In this document: one piece after another, positions 19,000-26,537 of the stretch | Layout: every line of letters begins with the position of its first letter | Numbering within the stretch: position 1 is the first letter of the stretch | From: a bacterium | GTDB taxonomy: Bacteria > JAMCPX01 | NCBI GenBank assembly: GCA_037439545.1 | Contig: JBBIVV010000011.1 | Location: 9,176 to 61,750, forward strand | Direction of reading: 5' to 3' | Length of the DNA: 52,575 nt | Translations under genes and position numbers: made by a program | The notes under the pieces: generated by a model | What the model saw: the letters and a program-made list of their open reading frames with translations, nothing else | The model's database searches: none | What the model was told of the DNA's origin: nothing

Positions 19000-20895
19000 A
19001 TGTGCGGTATATGCGGGATATACAAACGTACTTCACATGACGAACTTATCGGGTCTGTACATACAATGCTCGATGCTATGCGTTATCGCGGTCCTGATCA
19101 GCAGGGGTTCCATGTGTTCAATCATTGTGCCATCGGTGTAAACAGGCTGTCTATAATCGATATGAAGACGGGCGATCAACCCATTCATAATGAAGATAAC
19201 TCGATATGGATTGTTTATAATGGGGAGATTTACAACTATCAATTGCTGAGGAAGGAACTTGCGTCGAAAGGACATTTATTTTATACGAATACGGACACAG
19301 AGGTAATCATTCATCTTTATGAACAGTACGGTATAGAAGGGTTTGAAAAGCTCAACGGAATGTTTGCCTTTGCAGTCTACGATGAGAAACAAGAAAAGCT
19401 TATACTGACGAGGGACAGAATAGGCATAAAACCGCTCTATTACAGTCTGCCGGATGGTCTGGTATTTGCATCAGAGATGAAGACCCTGCTTGCCATGAAG
19501 CATAACGCCTATAAGCTCAATTTATCAGGCATAGCACAGTATCTTTCCTATGATTACACACCTGCACCGAATACAATGGTGAACGGCATTTTTAAGCTTA
19601 TGCCCGGCATGTGTCTTATTAAAGACAAGGGCACTATGTATGAAAAACAGTTCGTGAATAATAGAGTTAATGCATATCTGGAAGTAAAAAATGACGGGCA
19701 AAGCGAAAATGAGATCGCAGGACAGTTAGGAGAGATACTATCTGAGGCTGTTAAAGATCAAATGGCAGCGGATGTTCCTGTGGGGATTTTCCTTTCAGGA
19801 GGCATTGATTCGTCAGCCATTGCGTATTTCGCGTCGAAGATTAAGCCGGATATAAATAGCTTTTCCATCTCATTCGAAGAGCCGTCTTTTGATGAGAGCA
19901 CATACGCAAGGCTTATGAGCGATAAGCTCGGTCTGAAGCATTATTCGAAAGTGTTTACCTGTGGCTTATTCAAGGAACTATTTCACCATTTAATCGACTT
20001 TATGGATGAACCTATTGCCGACCCGTCTATTATACCGACCTATGCCCTCAGTAAATTGGCAGGTAAACAGGTAAAGGTCGTTCTTTCCGGAGAGGGCGGG
20101 GATGAAATGTTTGCAGGCTATCCGACCTATACTGCGCATAAATTCGCATCATTATACAATTCCCTGCCCGGGATCCTGAGAAAAGGTATGATCGAGCCCC
20201 TGATAAAATTATTACCTGTGTCGGATAAAAATCTTTCGTTTGATTTCATAGCGAAAAGGTTCGTAAGTTCCTCATCACTGCAGGCTGTTCGAAGGCATAC
20301 GCAGTGGATGGGAGGATTTGCTTACCAGGAATTAAGCCTGCTGCTCCGGAAGGAGTTATTCAGAAGCATTGAGGATTCTTTGTATCAGCCGGTGAAAGAA
20401 CTGATAGAGTATACCAAAGGACTATCTGACCCTGAGACAGCAAACATTATGGACATAGTGATGTATCTTCCGGATGATCTGCTTGTGAAGATAGATAGAG
20501 CTACGATGGCAGCGTCCATAGAATCAAGGGTACCTTTACTCGATAACAGAGTCATCCGATTCAGTAAGGCACTTCCTTTTGAATACAAGCTGAAAGGGAT
20601 GACGCACAAGTATATATTGAAAAAGCTTATGAAAGATAAACTGCCGGACAGTATCATAAACAGAAAGAAGAAAGGCTTCGGTATCCCTCTTACAAAATGG
20701 CTTCGGCATGATTTCAGGCATGAAGCAGAAATGCTTTTATCGAAGGATTCAGTGGAGAGTATCGGTGTGTTCAATTATCCATATATAAGCAGACTATTAC
20801 AGGAGCACATAAGGGGATCCCGGGACAACAGGAAAAAGCTCTGGCCTATTATTGTGCTTGTGAAATGGCTGCAGAGATACAGGTATACTGTATAG
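19000..20895 (+). CDS. asnB: Asparagine synthase-family glutamine amidotransferase (likely envelope/glycan amidation)
   Basis: Intact Ntn domain MCGICG, RGPD, RLSIID, NGEIYN, RDRIGIKPLYY; synthetase motifs LSGGIDSS, SGEGGDEMFAGY, ESRVPLLD, KKGF. Confidence 0.88.
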   Translation: MCGICGIYKRTSHDELIGSVHTMLDAMRYRGPDQQGFHVFNHCAIGVNRLSIIDMKTGDQPIHNEDNSIWIVYNGEIYNYQLLRKELASKGHLFYTNTDTEVIIHLYEQYGIEGFEKLNGMFAFAVYDEKQEKLILTRDRIGIKPLYYSLPDGLVFASEMKTLLAMKHNAYKLNLSGIAQYLSYDYTPAPNTMVNGIFKLMPGMCLIKDKGTMYEKQFVNNRVNAYLEVKNDGQSENEIAGQLGEILSEAVKDQMAADVPVGIFLSGGIDSSAIAYFASKIKPDINSFSISFEEPSFDESTYARLMSDKLGLKHYSKVFTCGLFKELFHHLIDFMDEPIADPSIIPTYALSKLAGKQVKVVLSGEGGDEMFAGYPTYTAHKFASLYNSLPGILRKGMIEPLIKLLPVSDKNLSFDFIAKRFVSSSSLQAVRRHTQWMGGFAYQELSLLLRKELFRSIEDSLYQPVKELIEYTKGLSDPETANIMDIVMYLPDDLLVKIDRATMAASIESRVPLLDNRVIRFSKALPFEYKLKGMTHKYILKKLMKDKLPDSIINRKKKGFGIPLTKWLRHDFRHEAEMLLSKDSVESIGVFNYPYISRLLQEHIRGSRDNRKKLWPIIVLVKWLQRYRYTV

Positions 20896-20918
20896 ACTGC
20901 TTACCATGAGGGACTAAG

Positions 20919-22103
20919 TTAATCCTTTTTTATCTTCGTTATGATATAAAATAGAGGGAACATGGCGGTATAACCAATACAAACACCTATGATCCAAAGA
21001 ATCATGCCTGCTCTTTTTAGTAGTCCGCCCTGTTTCGTGGTTTTATAAAACAGGGATATTTCATAACCTGTGGGCTTCAATGTTTGTAACCCCCATCTCC
21101 TTATCCCGCACGTCAATACCGTCGCAATTCTGAGCGTAGCATCGGATAACCTCGATGAAATCTGTATAGGAATGTATTTCATCGCTACGCTGTTTGTCCA
21201 GTATACATACGCATGATTTAACCTTGCAGTCCCGTGAGCCTCTGATTTAATGCCCGCAAGTTCAAAAGCGGTATCTATGAAAGGCATGAACAATCCTTGT
21301 GCATGGGTATCCTCTATGAGAGGGAGTATTTTCTCATATTTGATAGTATAAGCGGAGATCATATAAGCAAGATCAAGCATGTCCCTTAACCTGAATGAAA
21401 AATTATGGTGTATTGCAAAATGATAGAGAACATAGATGAATGCTGTGTATGGTTCAAGTATAACAAATGATCCATTGTCCCATTTTATTTCGCGCGTTTT
21501 CTGAAAAGGGTCTGTTTCCGTAAAATGTATAAATCTGTCATCGAACAAGCGTGTATGTGCCTCGAGGGAAAGAGTGTTGTCGGACGATTGATACGGCACA
21601 ATATGCGATCTTATTGTTGAAAACCAGTTCTGGTTTATATCCGTAAATAATGGATGCATATTGTCCCGTTCCATAAACTCTTTGATCTTCTCAACGTGCC
21701 GCTGTCGTACGAAGATGTCTACATCAGCCATCGGCCTTAATCCCACTTCATTATAGATAGAAATTGAAAGGGCTGAACCCTTCAGCAGTATTATGTCAAT
21801 GCCGTTGCGCTCAGCCTGGTGTTTCAGAGATTTTATTTGCTTCAATAGTAAAATATTACGTGCAGTATTGGTCATGTAACTATTTTTAAGCTGAGGCAAT
21901 ACTTCTTTGTATTCCTGGAGATTAAAGTTCCTGAGATTGTAGTAAAAGATCGGAGTTAAGAATTCTATGGCTGCAAGCTTCGCAAGCCTTTCGGGGTCAA
22001 CACGCAAAAGCCTTTGTTTCAGTAATGCTGTTTGTGCTTCAGCCTTAACAGGCGAGCATACATCGAGGAGCAGCTTTCTTAACGGATCAAATATTTCTGT
22101 CAT
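20919..22103 (-). CDS. Nucleotidyltransferase family protein (NTP_transf_5-like)
   Basis: ILLKGSAL...RPMADVDIFV, LEAH, YHFAIHH...LRDMLDL. Confidence 0.82.
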   Translation of the reverse strand: MTEIFDPLRKLLLDVCSPVKAEAQTALLKQRLLRVDPERLAKLAAIEFLTPIFYYNLRNFNLQEYKEVLPQLKNSYMTNTARNILLLKQIKSLKHQAERNGIDIILLKGSALSISIYNEVGLRPMADVDIFVRQRHVEKIKEFMERDNMHPLFTDINQNWFSTIRSHIVPYQSSDNTLSLEAHTRLFDDRFIHFTETDPFQKTREIKWDNGSFVILEPYTAFIYVLYHFAIHHNFSFRLRDMLDLAYMISAYTIKYEKILPLIEDTHAQGLFMPFIDTAFELAGIKSEAHGTARLNHAYVYWTNSVAMKYIPIQISSRLSDATLRIATVLTCGIRRWGLQTLKPTGYEISLFYKTTKQGGLLKRAGMILWIIGVCIGYTAMFPLFYIITKIKKD

Positions 22104-22525
22104 GGATAATGGAATGTTATATAATGCTCATACGCAATGTCTTCCCTGTCATCGAACACCCTGCCATCGATTGTAACCCAGCTATGCCCGGTTATCCGGG
22201 AGCTCGTTATACAATCCTTCCTTACACCAGTATATATCGTTACCGTGTATCCTGCAGCATTTAAAAATTTATACAGCAGCAATGTCCTGTTCCAGCAATG
22301 CTGAGTTTTGAAAATGTCTTTCATGCCGATCCATACATGCACATAGCGTCTTATGATATTTTTATCGCAGGTCAATGGCTTTTTATCGGTTGATAGTATG
22401 TCAAACATTTGTTTTAATCCGCATCTGTTTTCAAGATAAGGCGTATAGAAAATATAAAATCCTATCCTGATAAACAGAGCAATTTTGTCGGTTATCGTGC
22501 AGGTAATAGAATGCCTTTTTGCCAT
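22100..22525 (-). CDS. Lasso-peptide B2-like transglutaminase-fold cysteine protease
   Basis: 141 aa. CWNRTLLLY (compare CLxRSLAL), GVRK, GHSWVTIDG (compare AHAWVExDG); the Cys-His-Asp triad looks intact. Confidence 0.82.
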   Translation of the reverse strand: MAKRHSITCTITDKIALFIRIGFYIFYTPYLENRCGLKQMFDILSTDKKPLTCDKNIIRRYVHVWIGMKDIFKTQHCWNRTLLLYKFLNAAGYTVTIYTGVRKDCITSSRITGHSWVTIDGRVFDDREDIAYEHYITFHYP

Positions 22526-23457
22526 GCCGGTTGATCGTTAAGGTGAACATCATGCGTTATGTCAAAACTGCTGCTGCCGTCTGAATTCATAAGAAATATT
22601 CTTGAATTGCCGAATTGTGTCGATGTGTATGCGATTTTACTGCCATCAGGAGCAAATGCAGGGTCAAAGACATCATAAGAAGGGTCGGTCAATGGACGGG
22701 GAGGTGTGTTGCAGTCGACAGGCATCGAGAAAACCTGTAAATGCCCGGTTTCCGGTGATGGCTTTAAAAATAATATATTCTTGCCATCGGCAGACCATGA
22801 CAGCGGCGGAAGAACATTCGATATGTTGCAGAGCGGCTGTCTGTCGGCGCCGTTCGCGGATATGGTATAAATGCTTAATGACGGTTCAATACCGGGCACA
22901 GGTGCCGCACTCGGGAATGGATCATGGATGTACGCTATAGTTTTATCGTCCGGGGAATATTTACCGCAGCACGCACCGGATCCGTCATCATAGGTAATCT
23001 GTGTAATAGACCCGCTCCTTACATCTATGATTTGAAGCTGTCTCATAATCCCCATTGCCTTCGTATACGTTATATCATTGCAATCATTAGAAAAATCAGG
23101 AGCATCGTAATCGGCATTTGAATCGTTTGTAATCTGTGTTACATTCTTTCCGTCAAGGGACATACTATAGAGTTGAAACCTTCCTGTCCTGTTGGAAATA
23201 AATGAAATATTGTTTTTACATGCGGAAGGGTAGGTATCGAAGCACTGTTTCAGAACACAGTCACCGGCTGGGTCACTGAGTCTTGTTACATCCGTTCCAT
23301 CCTGTTTCATGCTATAAATGCTGTAATCTCCGTCTCTTGCAGATACAAAAATAATGGAAGGCTGGTTTTGCGTGTTCTTGTAGGATTCCCGCGAGCAGGA
23401 TAGGGGAAAAATTATCGTAACAATCAACAAAAGATAATTTGCCGGTTTATGTGTCAT
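22492..23457 (-). CDS. TolB-like PD40/WD40 beta-propeller lipoprotein
   Basis: Lipoprotein-type signal (…IFPLSC); repeats IFVSARDG, FISNRTG, YSPDDKTIAY, WSADGKNI, PAFAPDGSKIAY, QPAW. Confidence 0.82.
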   Translation of the reverse strand: MTHKPANYLLLIVTIIFPLSCSRESYKNTQNQPSIIFVSARDGDYSIYSMKQDGTDVTRLSDPAGDCVLKQCFDTYPSACKNNISFISNRTGRFQLYSMSLDGKNVTQITNDSNADYDAPDFSNDCNDITYTKAMGIMRQLQIIDVRSGSITQITYDDGSGACCGKYSPDDKTIAYIHDPFPSAAPVPGIEPSLSIYTISANGADRQPLCNISNVLPPLSWSADGKNILFLKPSPETGHLQVFSMPVDCNTPPRPLTDPSYDVFDPAFAPDGSKIAYTSTQFGNSRIFLMNSDGSSSFDITHDVHLNDQPAWQKGILLPAR

Positions 23458-23719
23458 ACTTTTCTATGATATTGTGCGATAAAAGTTGGTTAATAAGTAT
23501 GTTCACGCGGTTTCTGGCTTTAACAGAATCAATATCGTAAACAGAAATAAGCTCTTCTACGATCTTGTCTTCGGTCAGTTTCGATTCGATGCCCTTGAAG
23601 ATTACCAGTCCTGTTTCGTTCAAGGAAAAATACATTTTTGTCCGCATATCGAGGATTATTGCCTCGTTGTTGTCAAGTTCTGTAACTATTATGTCGTCGG
23701 GGATCGTGTAGTTTGTCAT
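23447..23719 (-). CDS. PqqD-family / RiPP recognition element (lasso B1-like)
   Basis: 90 aa: EAIILD...YFSLNETG.VIF...IVEELISVYDID...V..LINQL. Confidence 0.88.
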   Translation of the reverse strand: MTNYTIPDDIIVTELDNNEAIILDMRTKMYFSLNETGLVIFKGIESKLTEDKIVEELISVYDIDSVKARNRVNILINQLLSHNIIEKYDT

Positions 23720-23753
23720 AAAATAAAGAAGGGGCGATCGAAGATCGCCCCTT
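23720..23753 (-). terminator. Intrinsic terminator-like hairpin between the large lipoprotein and PqqD genes
   Basis: Minus strand AAGGGGCGATC-TTC-GATCGCCCCTT followed by CTTTATTTT, directly before the PqqD ATG. Confidence 0.75.
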
Positions 23754-23764
23754 TAAAATATTTT

Positions 23765-26401
23765 CTAAAGGCCTAAACTGCTCAGATTGACCTTGCCGGT
23801 CAGGACATTGATCAGCAGGTTTACTATGTTTACGTACTGATTCATCTGCGCATTGTTCATGTTTGTCGTCGAATAGGCTATGGCATCGCATAGAGCAGAA
23901 CCATTATAAGGTATACCAATATAATTCTGGTATTTACTGCACCAGTTGAACTGACCCACGGTCAGAAGACCGCCAAAGGTCGGATCCGGGAAGAACATAT
24001 AGGCATCATTGGGCATTGCAATGGCAATGGAGTCTAAAGAATTTAGAGGAAGTAGTAATGGAAGTAACGTTGCCATTGTTGGATTCGAGCCGCCAAGGAG
24101 AGTTAAAGCGAGCTGTACGAATGTGGTCGCCGTTACATTAAGGGTGATTAGTTTTGGTGCATCAGCAAATGTGCTGCCTGGCCAGTAGTGATACCGCGGG
24201 AAAAATGGAGTGGAAGCAGAGCCCATGAGAGGTCCAAGTGGTAATACTACACCTAAACTTAAAGGAATACCCAAGGGAGCTGCGTCAATATATGCTCCAG
24301 CATAGAGTAAGGAAAATAAGGATCCATTCCACATATCAGGTATGCCATTCTTTTCTCCACAAACCGTCTCGCCAATTGCCGGCGGTATATTCGGGATAGG
24401 CCATGGAATATCTGCTACTAAACCCGGTGCAAGCGGTGGCAACGCACTCAGGGTATTACATGTTATGTCATTCCCATAAGGATTAGGGTTGGTTATAGAA
24501 TTATAACCAAGTTGAAGATTATCTGCTACCCTATTCGTTCCTGTATCGCTCCATGCTGTCATGGTTATTCCTGAAAAACTCAAACCGGTGAATGGCTGTG
24601 TCTGTAATGGGAAAGCCTGCTCCTCATCATATTGCTCTATGATATCGCCTGCCTTGTGATACATACCATCGCCGTATATGTTAACGATCGGATCTCCTGC
24701 AACCCATTTACCTTTTGCCGCCGTGTACGAGTACCATTCACCTGCGTAGTTTGGAGATGTCGGATCTCCAACGCAGTTGTCGCAGGTCCCGTTTACAAGG
24801 CTGGCTGTTGATGTCCAGTATCCTGCACCGTTGTTATACGATGGATCAGGAACATGCACAAAGCCGTCTGCAAAAGGCTCAGGTGCTACGTAGATGCCTG
24901 TTCCATACTTATCCACGAATGGAGTCGATGCCTGATACGACAGGGGTGCAAATACCTTCAGATCAGTCGGCGGGTTATTGAAGAATGCACCAAGATCAAT
25001 AGATGGTAAGACCGGTAGTGATGTATATGCATCACCCGTAGAATCGAACATTACAGCCACCAGTGTGGGAAGCATTCCGATCAACGGTCCAAGAGTACTA
25101 CTACCCCCTCCTAAACTGGAGAGCAGAGGAGTTAATACAGGGAGTAACCTTGGTATAAGCACCGGTATTGCAGGCACGATGTCAATCGGGTGCTGGCCGT
25201 TTGTATCCGTTTCGCTCGCATTAAGTACATTTGCAACCGACTGTAAGTCCGTCAAGTAGATCAGTTTTGATATGGCAGGTATTGTGAGGGTCAAACTTGC
25301 ACTCAAGGGAATGGAAAGCCCGCCATTAACGAATAAAATCTGGCTTACGGCCTGAGCTGCCTGTTTCTGGCTCAAACTGCTGATTATATTGATTAAGCCT
25401 TTAATCGTGGAATTTGAACCTATGCTCGGGCTTATGGAAGGTAATAATTTAAGTACGACTACGATTACCTGTCCCAGTATATCGGATCCCCATGCTTCGC
25501 CGGGATCGTATTTGCCGTTACTGTTCGCATCAACATAATAAATGAATCCATGGGTAGAATTATCACCCTTTCTTGCCATGATGAAGCTCATGCTGTTTGA
25601 AAGATTGTTTGCTCCATTGGCAAGCAGTACTTGCGCATCTGAAAGCATCTGTGCGCCACCTGATGAAAGCGTGCCGAAATTGGGATCAAGCAGAGGGTTG
25701 GGCATTGTACAGCCTGTCTGTGTTAATCCCATGAGAAGGTTTACAATGGCATTCAATACGCCGTTGTAGGCGAACAGCACTTTGACGCCTCCCTGAAGCG
25801 TTTCGAATAAGCTTAACATGCCGTCTACTTCACCGAGGTCATAAGCCCCTGACATATCAATACTCAGGCCCTGACCTTTTAAAGAACTAATAAGTGTCCC
25901 GAGATCGCTGAAGACTACGAGGTTTGCGCTGCTTATGGTGAAGGAAAAGCCCGTGAATGGTGTCACAGCCTGCAAGTGAGTAACTATAGGAGATATCATG
26001 CTGTCTATGACCGGTCCGAGAAGGCTCTGATACGGTGTCAGGTCTATCGGTGTGCAAGAAGCTGTTACCGAGCCGCCCGATAGTGAACCCAGCAGGTTGG
26101 AACTCAGTAGTCCTGATATGGTAGACAGGGCATTCCATGTGCCTATCATCGCCAGACCAAAATTTGCATGGGACGTTACCAATACAAAATTCGGGTCATT
26201 TTTATTTATGTTATTTAAAGCATCTGCGTAGAGCGATTGGGCCTGATTTCTTGACCCGCTGTTATTGAGTCCTCCATTCATGATGATGCTATCCGCGCTC
26301 AATGTGTTTTTATAGGGATCTACCTTTGTCGTCGAACATTGAGTTAATAAAAGACTCAGTGATGCTATTGCAACGGACAGTAAAAAAACCTTTTTACTCA
26401 T
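23765..26401 (-). CDS. Large hypothetical lipoprotein (878 aa)
   Basis: GGAGGTG SD; signal MSKKVFLLSVAIASLSLLLTQC; Ca-binding-like DANSNGKYDPGE; Leu/Gly/Pro/Ser-rich; several Cys. No family recognised. Confidence 0.8.
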   Translation of the reverse strand: MSKKVFLLSVAIASLSLLLTQCSTTKVDPYKNTLSADSIIMNGGLNNSGSRNQAQSLYADALNNINKNDPNFVLVTSHANFGLAMIGTWNALSTISGLLSSNLLGSLSGGSVTASCTPIDLTPYQSLLGPVIDSMISPIVTHLQAVTPFTGFSFTISSANLVVFSDLGTLISSLKGQGLSIDMSGAYDLGEVDGMLSLFETLQGGVKVLFAYNGVLNAIVNLLMGLTQTGCTMPNPLLDPNFGTLSSGGAQMLSDAQVLLANGANNLSNSMSFIMARKGDNSTHGFIYYVDANSNGKYDPGEAWGSDILGQVIVVVLKLLPSISPSIGSNSTIKGLINIISSLSQKQAAQAVSQILFVNGGLSIPLSASLTLTIPAISKLIYLTDLQSVANVLNASETDTNGQHPIDIVPAIPVLIPRLLPVLTPLLSSLGGGSSTLGPLIGMLPTLVAVMFDSTGDAYTSLPVLPSIDLGAFFNNPPTDLKVFAPLSYQASTPFVDKYGTGIYVAPEPFADGFVHVPDPSYNNGAGYWTSTASLVNGTCDNCVGDPTSPNYAGEWYSYTAAKGKWVAGDPIVNIYGDGMYHKAGDIIEQYDEEQAFPLQTQPFTGLSFSGITMTAWSDTGTNRVADNLQLGYNSITNPNPYGNDITCNTLSALPPLAPGLVADIPWPIPNIPPAIGETVCGEKNGIPDMWNGSLFSLLYAGAYIDAAPLGIPLSLGVVLPLGPLMGSASTPFFPRYHYWPGSTFADAPKLITLNVTATTFVQLALTLLGGSNPTMATLLPLLLPLNSLDSIAIAMPNDAYMFFPDPTFGGLLTVGQFNWCSKYQNYIGIPYNGSALCDAIAYSTTNMNNAQMNQYVNIVNLLINVLTGKVNLSSLGL

Positions 26402-26423
26402 AATGCACCTCCATTTTTATGAT

Positions 26424-26482
26424 TCAATAATTTAAATTGTTCGAATAGTCAAGTTTTTAATTCGAAATCATTAATTTCGAAT
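26424..26482 (-). promoter_or_regulatory. Putative promoter and operator array of the large lipoprotein gene
   Basis: Minus strand TTGACT (26452-26447), 17 bp, TATTGA (26429-26424). ATTCGAAAT-N5-ATTTCGAAT inverted repeat at 26460-26482, and a third TTCGAA at 26440-26445. Confidence 0.55.
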
Positions 26483-26511
26483 AAGACATGCATCATAACC
26501 TTCGCATATTC

Positions 26512-26537
26512 GATGGTGGGCAAGATGCCCAACCTAC
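26512..26537 (-). repeat. GTAG-type REP-like element
   Basis: Minus strand GTAG-GTTGGGCA-TCT-TGCCCACC-ATC: a GTAG tetranucleotide followed by an imperfect GC-rich hairpin. Confidence 0.55.

Noticed and set aside
19000..20895. Calling AsnB a lasso cyclase outright
   Set aside because: It has a complete glutaminase domain with N-terminal Cys, lies on the opposite strand, and is coupled to a GT2. Kept only as a hypothesis.
23673..23891. 72-aa minus-strand ORF spanning the lipoprotein/PqqD junction as a possible lasso precursor
   Set aside because: It overlaps both real genes and the terminator, has no SD, and lacks a YxxPxL leader or a T-x-G/core Asp-Glu pattern.
24770..24790. CDNC in the 878-aa lipoprotein as a heme c site
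   Set aside because: The sequence is CDNCV with no His after CxxC, so it is not a CxxCH motif.
26402..26533. Short minus-strand ORF (MMHVLFEINDFELKT) upstream of the large lipoprotein as a precursor peptide
   Set aside because: Only 15 aa, overlaps the operator/promoter, and has no RiPP leader features.
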